Shown: one piece after another, positions 12,001 to 17,083 of the stretch
Numbering within the stretch: position 1 is the first letter of the stretch
Layout: every line of letters starts with the position of its first letter
Origin: Actinomycetota bacterium
Lineage (GTDB): Bacteria > Actinomycetota > CADDZG01 > JAHWKV01
Length of the DNA: 64,000 nucleotides
Assembly: GCA_046262935.1 (NCBI GenBank)
Contig: JBHELT010000020.1
Coordinates: 2,893-66,892 of the forward strand
Reading direction: 5' to 3'
Notes under the pieces: model-generated
Seen by the model: only the letters and a program-made list of their open reading frames with translations
What the model was told of the DNA's origin: nothing
Databases searched by the model: none
Program-made: the position numbers and the translations under genes

Positions 12001-15000
12001 CGCCTTCGTCGATGGACTTCCACTCGCCGTCTTTGAAGATCTGGACGGGGTCTTTGCCTGTGTCCCTCATCAGGGCCTCGACGGTGAGCCCGGTCGACGA
12101 GAGAGTTGAGTTGCCAGTTGATGCGATGTTCTCGATGTCTACTTTGTTCACTGCAACAGCTGCTCCGATGTTAACCGTCGTCGGAGGATCTTTGTTGCCG
12201 GTGGCTGAACCATCAGCATTCGTGAAGCCGTCTGTGTTTGCGGTTGACTTGAAACGGATGAGGCCACCGGAGATCAGAGTCAATCCTGGGTTGGCGAATG
12301 CTTTCGACTGCGAGTGCAGAACATTGATCGCGATGGCGGCCGCTACGCTTACAGCCCCGTCACCGCTCGATGAGTTGGGGTTGGAAGACGAGCTCGACGA
12401 GTCTTGCGCACCATTGCGGTTGGCGGCTGCGTCGCCGGCCCCGCGCTGATCGTTCCCCTTACCGTTCACGTCTTTGCCCGACCCGTCGCCTGAGCCACCG
12501 TCGCCCTTAGCACCGCTGGCACTTGCTTTCGCATCAGACGTCGCCGTCGATGCACCATTCACGACGAACGAGATGAGTCCAGCAGCCGTGATGCTTCGCG
12601 CGGTTGAAGCGAAAACTTTGTGATTTGCGATAGTTAGAGCGAGAGCGGCCCCAACAGCGGCGGTACTGCCCGCTGCGTCACCTTTCGCCGTGGATATGAC
12701 CGATGCGTCCTGAGTCGCATTCGCGTCGAGCTTTCCGGTGAGAGTCAGAAGCGACCCGGTCCCTATCGTGGCAAGGGTGGTGACGTTCGAGATCGAGATC
12801 GCAGGCACCGGAACGAACACGAACGTCCCGCCCGAGGCCCCGTTCTCGGCGTCGGTGGTCATGGCGTCGGTAGAAGCGGCCGTCAGAAGCAGGTCCCTTG
12901 CGCCGGTGAGCGAGGAACCGTCGTCCAAGGTGGCCCCCGCAGTGTCGTTGACGACGTTGATCGCCACGGAAGCACCGATACCTACGCTGCCTCCCCCGCC
13001 TGGGTCTTTCACAGAAAGTGCCTTGTCGGTTTCGCTTAGCAAGGAAGTGGCGGTAAGTGAAACGTCTTTCAGGCCCCCGCCCAGAAGAACGATCACCGCG
13101 GTTGGCTTGAGTGACGCCACCGTGTTCGATGTAAGTACGGAAACGGCGAGGGAGCCGGCGACTCCAACGCTCGAAGCGTCACCGATCCCAGACGTGCTTG
13201 TAACCGTGAATGAGTTGGTGGAGGGATCGACTGCCTCGAGAACGAGTTTGTTCAAGGTCAGATTCACTGCTTTGTCGATGAATGCCGCGGTAGTGAAGTC
13301 GGCTACTCCAACCGCAACTGCAACACCAACAGCGCTGCTCGAATTGGAAACCGTGCTGCTGCCGTCTGCACCAGTTGAAACTTTGCGCTTCGAACCAGCG
13401 TGAAGTTTCTGCTGACCGCCGGTTGTGATTATCGATGGCGTGCCACTCGTTGGTGCGATGTAGGACTTAGCGGTGTCGGAGATGTAAGTGAATGCCAGAG
13501 CGCCTGCGAGATTCACATCGCCGTCGGCAGTCTTTGCGTTGCCATCGCTTGCCGCGGGCTTCTTCGTTCGGTTGTTCGCAGTGTCGTCGTTCGCAGAAGA
13601 GCCACCTGCACTAGCTTTCGCAGTCGTTGTGACGGTTTGATCGGTATCGGAGTTGAGCGTCAGGCTTCCCGCAGTGATTGGCGTTGCGTTGGTGCTGTCT
13701 ATGAACGCCTCAGTGTCGGAGATGATCACTGCTACGGCGATGCCCGCGCCTTTGCCCGCCCCCGACCCGTCACCGTTGGAGAGGATCGAAGAGGTCGTGA
13801 GGGCCGTTATCAGAATCGCCTTGCCGGGGGCCGAGATGGAACTGGTGCCAGACAGTTGCGATTTGGCCGTTGAGATGAGGTTCGTGGCAACAACGGAAGC
13901 GTCCTTCGAATCATCTGAGTTGCTGGTTTCGGCGGCCGTGGCACTAGCGACGATGGCGATCACGCTGGCCAGGGTCACGTCGCCCGTCGCAACTATGGAA
14001 GATGCCCCATGCAGGTTGACCAATGCGCTGTAGATGAGCTGCAATCCGGAATGTGTGACACCAGAGGAACTGCCGGTGTTCGTGATCCCCGAGTCCGTAC
14101 CCGCCGTGGCGAGCAGTTGGATCGTGTTGCCCAAGATGCTTGCTGAATCGAGGTCGATCGAGCCTTCCACACCCAGAAGGGTGGAGGTGATACCTGTGAC
14201 CGTGGTTCCGTCATCCTTAGCAACCGCATTGAACGTGACGTTGCAAAGGCCGAGTGCGCAGCCCCCACTCGTTGGGTTCACGTTGATGGTTACGCCCGAT
14301 TTAAGGATGATCTTCTCGGCGTTCACCGTGAGGTTGGTGCTTGGGACTATGTAATCGCTCGCGAACTCAACGGTGTCCGCTGCGGCTCCGCCGTTGATGG
14401 TGAGGTCGTTCAGGCCTGAGATCGCGAAATAGTGCAGTTCTGCGAGGTCGAAGCTATCCGTTGGGTCGCGGTCGACGATCTTGATGTTGCCTGTGGGGCA
14501 ATCGCCTCCCGTGCACGCGGTGACCCTCAGCAGGTCTTTCTTGAGGACGAAGGCGCTGTCCTCGCCGTTCATGACTACGCTTGCAGCGCTGATGTCGACC
14601 GGCTCGAGCCCCGAATAAAAAAGTGGATGCGAGTCGATGACGAGCCATCCGGAATCGGCGCTGATGGGGCTGGCTATGACCTTCGTGCCCGCAACGGCCA
14701 ATGTGTCGAACCCTCCGGGCCCCCCGTCGATGACGCCGGAGATCGTGGCGCCTGGGGCAACGACAAAGTTGTCGCGGTTGCCTGATGCTCCGACCAGGTT
14801 CTCGATGTGAGTGAAAGTGAGGCCCAATACACTCCCGGACCCCGGCCCGGTCACGTTCCAAGTTGAGTCGATCGTCGGCCCTGAAAGCGTGTCGACGCCG
14901 TTTCCGCCATCGAAGGAAACGGCCACCGGAAGGGTTCCCCCGGCTACGAAGCTTAGGAAGTCGTTCAGGTTTCCGCCGATAAGCCTGAGGTTGCTAACCC

Positions 15001-16720
15001 CAGAAAGGGAGATGGCATCGCTCGCTCCTGCTTCCGCCAAGGACGCCTTGCCCGAACCGAAGGAAAGGACGGTATTCCACGCTGCGCCCGGGGCTAGAAC
15101 GGCGGTCCTTGACCCCGAAGAATCGGCAAGCCAGTGCGTACCGACCACGGCGAGCGGCACGCTGACCGCACCAGCCTGGTTGTTGCTTTGGATGATCAGC
15201 TGGGCCAGATGAGCTCCAGCGATCCCAGGCACGGCCGTGATTTGAATCGTCGCGGTCTGGCCTGGGGCCAATGACATAGGGATGGTTGCGTTGGTGAGGA
15301 AACTCGCCGCATCACCGGTGACGCTCACCGACGAGATATTCAACACGGTGGTCCCCGAATTGCCGATGGTGATGCCCTGAGAGGCGGGCGAACTGACATT
15401 TTGGGTGCCGAAATCGAGAGAGCTTGGCGCGCCAGTTAAGTGAGCCGCCACACCAGTACCCGAGAGCGGGACGGTTGCGGGGCCCCCAGCGTTCGTTTGG
15501 ATAGTCAGGACATCCGAGACCGAGCCTTCAGTTGTTGGGCGGAAAACGACATCGACCGAGGCTGTCTGCCCAGGAGCAATCGTGAGAGGGAAGGAAACAC
15601 CTGAAACGGAAAATGCCCCCCCGGTGGGAACGGTCGCGGAGTCAATGATCAGGTCGGCATCGCCGCTGTTCGTGATGAAAAGTTTGCCTGGTCCGCTCGA
15701 TCCAACCTCGATGCTTCCAAGATCGAGCGACGAGGGACTGATGCCAAGTACCGGGGACCCTGTTGGGGCCGCCGATGCGGGTGCCGAGGCAGCGGGAACA
15801 TCGCGCACCTCGCCTGGGGCCAGCGTTGGAGACATCAAGCCAGAGTCGGTGTGGCTCATTCCGAGCACATGCCCCAACTCGTGCCTTACGACAGTTAAAA
15901 GGTCGATACGTTGTGATGCATCGTCCGGATAAACCGCCGACCACCCAAATCCAGCTGCGGTTGGGTCGATGGTGACGACATTGCCGTCTTCATGGCCGAA
16001 TTCAGGATCAGCCAGGTCGGCGATCTGAAATGTCACCGAACTGAAATCGGCGTTCGCGTCGACGTTGTGCCAGTCGGCCTCGGCTTGCGCAACTGCTCCA
16101 TCTAATTGCTGCTGCGTCAGTGATTGATCCGCAACAACCGAGGGTGCAGAAGTCGCCGAGATCTGCGCGTGCGCGGTATCTGCAGAACCGTATCGGTTCA
16201 GAGCTCTCGACAAGATCACAGCGATCTCAGAAGGAGTGAACTCGCTCGAGATGTTTCTGATCTCGGCGCGCACAGCTCCACCGAATCTGAGATTCGTGGA
16301 CAAGATCGTCTTTGCTAGAACGCGAGAGGCAACAAGTGTGAACTCGTTTTTGGAAAGAGAAAGACGCCGGGCGAGTCGCACGTCGTCTGGTGTTGCAAGT
16401 GGTTGATGCTGACGCTCTACCGTGAGCATCTCTGATACGAACAGAGCTCTTACATCGTTCGCCTTTACGATCTTCGAAGACAAAGCAGCGTTTACATCTT
16501 GCGCTGCCAATGCAGCAAGCGGTTTGAGCGGCAATGACGAAACGATAAAGACGGACGTAGTAAGAAGGGCTAACAAACGAAAACGCTGGGGAGAAAGCGC
16601 TATGCGCCGAGGAGCGGCCGTAACGAAGGCGGCGCTTTGATCGTTTGACTCTTTGTTGAGCGGATCTACGTTGAGTAAGCGCGCCGATGAAAGATCGGTG
16701 GCACGGTGCCTGCGAAACAA
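1..16720 (-). CDS. Giant secreted beta-strand-repeat (beta-helix-like) protein. The 5' end is in the window and the 3' end runs off the left edge; more than 5,570 codons are visible.
   Basis: Absent from the ORF track because it has no in-window stop. Every listed minus-strand ORF between 1 and 16.7 kb has a start coordinate with mod 3 = 0 or 2; the frame with mod 3 = 1 has none. Hand translation of that frame is open and protein-like at 1-60, across 14.3-16.7 kb and at many stretches between. Upstream in-frame stop is at 16763-16765. First start candidate is TTG 16720, preceded by a G-run that could serve as an SD. An alternative TTG lies at 16576. Confidence 0.85.
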   Translation of the reverse strand, partial: MFRRHRATDLSSARLLNVDPLNKESNDQSAAFVTAAPRRIALSPQRFRLLALLTTSVFIVSSLPLKPLAALAAQDVNAALSSKIVKANDVRALFVSEMLTVERQHQPLATPDDVRLARRLSLSKNEFTLVASRVLAKTILSTNLRFGGAVRAEIRNISSEFTPSEIAVILSRALNRYGSADTAHAQISATSAPSVVADQSLTQQQLDGAVAQAEADWHNVDANADFSSVTFQIADLADPEFGHEDGNVVTIDPTAAGFGWSAVYPDDASQRIDLLTVVRHELGHVLGMSHTDSGLMSPTLAPGEVRDVPAASAPASAAPTGSPVLGISPSSLDLGSIEVGSSGPGKLFITNSGDADLIIDSATVPTGGAFSVSGVSFPLTIAPGQTASVDVVFRPTTEGSVSDVLTIQTNAGGPATVPLSGTGVAAHLTGAPSSLDFGTQNVSSPASQGITIGNSGTTVLNISSVSVTGDAASFLTNATIPMSLAPGQTATIQITAVPGIAGAHLAQLIIQSNNQAGAVSVPLAVVGTHWLADSSGSRTAVLAPGAAWNTVLSFGSGKASLAEAGASDAISLSGVSNLRLIGGNLNDFLSFVAGGTLPVAVSFDGGNGVDTLSGPTIDSTWNVTGPGSGSVLGLTFTHIENLVGASGNRDNFVVAPGATISGVIDGGPGGFDTLAVAGTKVIASPISADSGWLVIDSHPLFYSGLEPVDISAASVVMNGEDSAFVLKKDLLRVTACTGGDCPTGNIKIVDRDPTDSFDLAELHYFAISGLNDLTINGGAAADTVEFASDYIVPSTNLTVNAEKIILKSGVTINVNPTSGGCALGLCNVTFNAVAKDDGTTVTGITSTLLGVEGSIDLDSASILGNTIQLLATAGTDSGITNTGSSSGVTHSGLQLIYSALVNLHGASSIVATGDVTLASVIAIVASATAAETSNSDDSKDASVVATNLISTAKSQLSGTSSISAPGKAILITALTTSSILSNGDGSGAGKGAGIAVAVIISDTEAFIDSTNATPITAGSLTLNSDTDQTVTTTAKASAGGSSANDDTANNRTKKPAASDGNAKTADGDVNLAGALAFTYISDTAKSYIAPTSGTPSIITTGGQQKLHAGSKRKVSTGADGSSTVSNSSSAVGVAVAVGVADFTTAAFIDKAVNLTLNKLVLEAVDPSTNSFTVTSTSGIGDASSVGVAGSLAVSVLTSNTVASLKPTAVIVLLGGGLKDVSLTATSLLSETDKALSVKDPGGGGSVGIGASVAINVVNDTAGATLDDGSSLTGARDLLLTAASTDAMTTDAENGASGGTFVFVPVPAISISNVTTLATIGTGSLLTLTGKLDANATQDASVISTAKGDAAGSTAAVGAALALTIANHKVFASTARSITAAGLISFVVNGASTATSDAKASASGAKGDGGSGDGSGKDVNGKGNDQRGAGDAAANRNGAQDSSSSSSNPNSSSGDGAVSVAAAIAINVLHSQSKAFANPGLTLISGGLIRFKSTANTDGFTNADGSATGNKDPPTTVNIGAAVAVNKVDIENIASTGNSTLSSTGLTVEALMRDTGKDPVQIFKDGEWKSIDEGASFPESPEDEDLFHLTEGAPASTKVDGASQSVGGGSLTVKNANAFPSAGTFTGSGIDGTCTYTGKTATSITGITGCTGTPEDKATITSTTGTTVSGGGQVVGGTLNVADTTNFASSGKFKADGIDGTCLYSGKTATSFTGITGCTGTPDDGAAVLRIHFLPGVYKWNDGTSTWDVQSTGPFAHGTTFPGSPSNGDFFILAEHHAVANAKSGADGDSGKVSVAGALALNIISNHTKALVPSAANVTAGTGDISIKTLNNAEDVAKADSDAKSGKVGVGASVSLNVLDDHITRSAIEDGAGFTGGGKLDILADSRHIVTTEDKAGSKGGVSISPSVAIAIVKDQTSSYLGTGAASAITGAATIKSTEESLSELDSNAEAGGSDVAIGAAIAINVVQIETHADLARNLTAASLAIGSTTVTDAESTSHASAKGESEDGSGKNGGGESNADEQSKDQVNNNPNTNGKTGGSLPKGKDSTDQGTSESSSDSGDSSGGVGIAASLALNWTRVNNTSSIGNGAHVTTTGPVSVSSSSLTKAVAKALAASSDLSSSVSIAAGVGINVQDITNTASISGQVTGTAITVEAITPNGKRNDFIVWGIAGAAGKSDASIAASVGIQVLTLHTTAFVDKGSLLTSTGPITVQAKTPMGMQNLAISGALSTSGTAVGGAVTVSILPAVQTQAYIDSSVASPTIVKAAGAIIVKATSSLDPISPDSFMGIDFPAISSVAVGLDASGGSAAVTGSIIVDVFAISTYAFIGDGVRVNQVTVGGAGQTIEVTATHATTLKNIAGSVSLTTGSAGVGLGLIVEVINTDVKAYIGKSGVLSSGGDVTIHAISTQDLLEIAMDAAAASTAGVEGSIIVVVLNKGGGSPGTRAYIDGGAGQGTSLHSGGNIDILATNIDLSAGHSADSLVLLAGGLAFGSTAGVSVASSTLIRDATFKAFVGRDADVQARGSSGLSIASTQSNDLKLFAIGGGGGGTVGVAGSVVVDLLGDTTYSYIDRGAAVNGSLVGASSTAGIAVKAQDSTKVLSIAGAVAIGGSAGVGAGVDVEVITKDTQAWIGKTANINGNGDVLVDAISKENVVSIAMAASVGGSAAVSINAGVSVYNISTDAYIDGGLPSEAAFVSTGGTVRVSSDETLKLDVVAGNLSVGGAAGVGAAASVPVIKKETHSWVGDNSTVIGKGGGSGATVNSGSYSVSLIDPRFDPAGGAIVDGSTLDLGYEHGFTDGQKVIYDAGGGTPITGLTSGGVYFVKLVTGQPTRAQLRNTATGPVINTFAGGGGENHRLVSMNSAGVNDDKNPRFNPRKAGAVSGTTMTLAYNHGILNDDDTVVYSSGGGTPIGGLVDGQTYYAKVSGLGPNQVQLRATKGGAAIPLDASQSSGKSHSVVKQGAMPSADAAATGPRTISAAADTGFKGVAITATNSDDIATVAVSMAIGLSAGVAITGSIDIFTANTSAYVGKSARINCAPITCANSGAGTSQSVLVAAANQFYGLEVAASAAGGVAGIGPGVSVGIITLNTDAFIDDSAKVKAAKDVTVRATGKDEIVDVTVSVAGGIVGVGGAVAVNVLNTHAYANTGTGVTIDAGNNVLMTSSDDTKAIVVAGAIAGGFVGVGLSVGVTSITKDTRAFLGSNNIVDAKSASTGIDGIFTGEFAGKAFQTGTAFHGLGIQASSSEDIFGLVIAGGGGFVGVGGAVGVSLIHVTTKAYVGGGSDVNGQSADNSQSVNISAVDFIKTLTIGGGVAGGFVGVGAGVDIGVAQTSTQAFIDPGATVRANNSVDLNALARKQIQTYAIAVAGGVVGAAGSISVWTIGTQPTSNYNDGVGGPDKGDWAAGTTYNKGDTVSYCTNPADSTTCKRYGSKLDGNMGNTPSSSPTQWTQDVNALGHESGGGNAADDADSQVTGGSGGYQSLLNGSSSGSGDKTDSRVRDVTGASSSSGIKKNIKDNGDSLAGLTSATLASSAVPDGTSAAMNGAVIAGGNVGVRARELLDVNGLTGTAAAGIVAIGGSILIVGIGEKVDAGVGGGGRITAGGLVLVSARMTENTDGLAFAGQAGLVSLGAQVVVVNDSASTNSHIDNNAKVRKALLGLTVEAITNRTIKTNALGVSIGLATLGAAVAVSTVSGDTLATIGNVGLAEAGDVAGVTVNADSTINAQTKAISLQVGLIALGAAVPFDKVTGLTKASFGGHGPIAGNLSVTGTGIHSVTANSLNIQGALIGVGVTVANAVNGRSTEALVTSSTDSAVTGSVSVKAESADTATANTPGATFGAVNIAVLIPMAEVSGHTKANINGKITSSTFTTVQAIGNKDAQATATVASVSIGSVNGAAAIANVTSGAFTEAGIGSSGEVSSVGLVKVEAKLKGTNNNALASVLSAAAGVITVGATFASAQVNSAVRARMDGKIKSSNSVDILATSVNTANSTLNTFGLALGVGVAIAGAEALIGSSATTEVIGTPTPSITSDGAIKMWAKSTNTATATSDTITGGLLAGFNISEPDATISAPTNAQYDGAVTKGTSFDLEAFSTNTSSATENGIAGSIGISANGGAADALIDSNAATSSSIGSGGNINGLSQKLTVKSTSANKATAKASGKSIALLGGLAFVDPTATDNAPTSAALSGSVGTTHLDPVLGTVGDPGAFDIEVSAFADDRTVASVESLTVGILAFGASSAKATTNPNVSASLGSGNVTATNNIDVLSNSLTDADAFAKSTSAGLIEIQAALDADAKNTPSSSATVGGGFVQAGNRLTISANHGQAPAPLSDGTITSVDQGNNILGFALPHGLSTGDTVVYSAPSYPNATSPDPNVQNGSIPNPYRIVGLNDGQTYGVIVGCSGTPASCMTLKLGVEFDAGGAFDAATASIMFSQPHNLKTGDQIIYDCNGGSAFVTKPAGGLTCGGTYTVFKVDGNRIRLRSGAPLSTYNFTPTLIAGSVITVPSTAGLADGQARVYHQPATIEFKSSLVDVQVDGSGKIVFGSTGIDHSVNTNKIFAPSHASIGFTNGVEVIYTATKDVGSPTVLNPLTNGGHYFIHVDGTDPNRIQLSSTYCAAVGGVADPTNCTNNNGTPSDSSDDFPIAISVISLNPDFSVPALKTDHHLQRAGWGPIGGLVNGDMYFIDVISGTQFQLLDSSGNPVPLSGTAPGGTHSLLDEGIAVIGAGSGTQDIVVDLQSGLTSSPHVLVGVGGPSGQLGKSDGIVSANSTSNGGGLFDLRNADSTMTTQPNVSITIGSAKMRGKDIFISSASASNGAISSRGEGGGFLSFGSSSATGTISNTVKTTLGSGSDLFATRDIKILSNGTQYGNTESVNATGGLIGTASATATLQVGFDIETKILGKVIANRTLVADAADGVDLNAYSQADSAGLGADVDANDDSSKGLHINNGLAQTEIGNGADLRAATVYLSAGVGELRGINASNGQVTSAAMTEKALARSNAHAAALGADSDAASHIIASDATKVLLDGGSSITGDFVQLKSIHNNVNFQADSSASCSCGGGDTDATAEVTYNRDSFINGAVNAVVRTADLNVFAEEYWSTLYTHAHSDGGLFDGGSADAPLNNNPSRTIVWNATTYLLGEPNPVLIIDSTGTIIAKTYNVTARRSSDNAALSIGDIVPGGDTINIDPIIYDELPSALFFANQVDGSHLGTISGKSAIFYMQETWDSVTIANSSDRPIHLFGTGGSPNQSINVLNASLTTSPEAVISVSVDSGAEHAPSPTVWEFNVKHVFPATITSIQSLSGAASMTACASGPCNLTIDGNIANVIGTTTLKNDRGNIFVGSNAYFTSNQLFIDSDLGSAGTLASPVKAILVQWDCTGAFLCSAPHPKPVVLQAEVGNDLFLDLTTIRRDSESAAVSTPITPLIGPIFAGHDIWINVNNSAEGINKVAPGQINVDRYTPNAVPGSGSTVQQTATWRHFFPDSGTTADVVGGPLILVAYGSDLTNINANYQFCGNAACTARGVTAGHNIDIHHASTAASITFRVLSDVDATFTDADRGTLTFSNTDNSGRIDLKTNGSIVD
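2590..3770 (-). repeat. Second, more degenerate block of the same 'short-strand / GL-xx-G-x-Y-x-V / ...IxL' repeat type
   Basis: Examples: FALPHGLSTGDTVVYSAP...IVGLNDGQTYGVIV; FSQPHNLKTGDQIIYDCNGG...GGTYTVFKVDGNRIRLR; GFTNGVEVIYTAT...LTNGGHYFIHVDGTDPNRIQLS; GGLVNGDMYFIDVISGTQFQLL. Confidence 0.45.
7850..8420 (-). repeat. Insert of 'hGFxDGxxVxYxxGGGTPIxGLxxGxxYY/F' repeats in the giant protein
   Basis: First repeat: LDLGYEHGFTDGQKVIYDAGGGTPITGLTSGGVYFVKLVTGQPTRAQLR. Second repeat: MTLAYNHGILNDDDTVVYSSGGGTPIGGLVDGQTYYAKVSGLGPNQVQLR. Confidence 0.5.
11559..11915 (-). repeat. Tandem duplication of a roughly 65-aa two-cysteine insert in the giant protein
   Basis: Copy A (about 11761-11915) reads ...GGSLTVKNANAFPSAGTFTGSGIDGTCTYTGKTATSITGITGCTGTPEDK. 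Copy B (about 11559-11720) reads ...GGTLNVADTTNFASSGKFKADGIDGTCLYSGKTATSFTGITGCTGTPDDG. Confidence 0.7.
14760..14880 (-). other. 'TWNVTGxGxGxL...FxxIENLxG' motif typical of large secreted repeat proteins
   Basis: Translation reads FDGGNGVDTLSGPTIDSTWNVTGPGSGSVLGLTFTHIENLVGASGNRDNFVV. Confidence 0.35.
15140..15750 (-). other. Two tandem Ig-like beta-sandwich domains (ASH / choice-of-anchor-D-like) in the giant protein
   Basis: Two units of about 100 aa share the same pattern. Unit 1: LDLGSIEVGSSGPGKLFITNSGDADLIIDSATV...FSVSG...IAPGQTASVDVVFRP...GPATVPLSGTG. Unit 2: LDFGTQNVSSPASQGITIGNSGTTVLNISSVSVTG...LAPGQTATIQITA...VSVPLAVVGT. Confidence 0.45.
15820..16040 (-). other. Metzincin-like zinc-binding module (HExxHxxGxxH followed by a Met) near the N-terminus of the giant protein
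   Basis: Translation reads ...FQIADLADPEFGHEDGNVVTIDPTAAGFGWSAVYPDDASQRIDLLTVVRHELGHVLGMSHTDSGLMSPTL. HELGHVLGMSH is encoded at 15851-15883. Confidence 0.6.
16496..16600 (-). other. Signal-peptide-like N-terminal segment of the giant protein
   Basis: Translation reads ...PRRIALSPQRFRLLALLTTSVFIVSSLPLKPLAALA/AQD. This gives a basic n-region, a hydrophobic core and an AxA-type cleavage motif. Confidence 0.5.
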
Positions 16721-16757
16721 ACTGCCCCCCCGCGCGTGATGCGCATTTCGTTGTCTG

Positions 16758-16785
16758 GGTGACTAACCCTTTTTACCTAGTCACC
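16758..16785. promoter_or_regulatory. Perfect 8-bp inverted repeat GGTGACTA-N12-TAGTCACC in the divergent intergenic region
   Basis: Read directly: GGTGACTA at 16758-16765 and TAGTCACC at 16778-16785. It lies about 40 nt upstream of the TTG 16720 start of the giant gene. It could be an operator or a hairpin. Confidence 0.3.
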
Positions 16786-17083
16786 ACTTTCGGTGGGCGA
16801 GTTTTACAGTCTACGAGTAGGTTCTGTCAATCAGGTTGCCCCATTTTCCCGTTTTCATTTGGGCACAAACCCCGAAAAATTCGGCAGCGGCTGTCTCTAC
16901 TTCAAGTTGAGGGTACGCGTCTACCAGGACGTTCGCGCGTTCAACCCCCCGAATCCATCCCGGAAGTCTCAAGGGGATCGGCGAAGCGGGTCCACCTCGT
17001 CCCGGGCATCGCACCGGGCCTCCCCATGCAAACCTGGTCGACGCGATCTGCGCGAACAGTCAGATGTGTTGCAGACTCGCGAA

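Larger units (their letters stand above)
3800..14350 (-). repeat. Long tract of degenerate Gly/Ala/Val/Ser-rich beta-strand repeats (beta-helix-like body of the giant protein), interrupted by inserts and low-complexity spacers
   Basis: The recurring unit has the form ...G(G/A)xxGVG(A/G)(A/S)V(A/D/S)(V/I)N(V/I)xxxxTxA(Y/F)I(G/D).... Examples: GGSAGVGAGVDVEVITKDTQAWIG, GGIVGVGGAVAVNVLNTHAYANTG, GGFVGVGLSVGVTSITKDTRAFLG, GGFVGVGAGVDIGVAQTSTQAFID. Boundaries are approximate. Confidence 0.6.

Noticed and set aside
146-16640. About 150 short ORFs (60-244 aa) listed on both strands across the first 16.6 kb, for example 4512-5171(+), 6359-7093(+), 12738-13403(+) and 2600-3223(+).
   Set aside because: They are out-of-frame or antisense shadows of the single giant minus-strand ORF. 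Their translations are low-complexity (Ala/Pro/Thr/Val/Arg-rich) with no motifs. None is in the minus frame with coordinates equal to 1 mod 3, and that frame is continuously open.
16576-16720. Possible twin-arginine (Tat) signal in the giant protein (APRRIALS).
   Set aside because: Only the RR pair matches. The S/T-R-R-x-F-L-K consensus is otherwise not met, and a fibre of more than 5,500 aa is an implausible substrate for folded export by Tat. I treat it as a Sec-type signal with an uncertain start (TTG 16720 or TTG 16576).
16793-17083. N-terminal 97-aa extension of the methyltransferase ORF.
   Set aside because: The extension has no methyltransferase-like sequence, is Arg/Ser/Pro-rich, and would cover the divergent promoter region. 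The in-frame ATG 17084 gives a normal-length enzyme.
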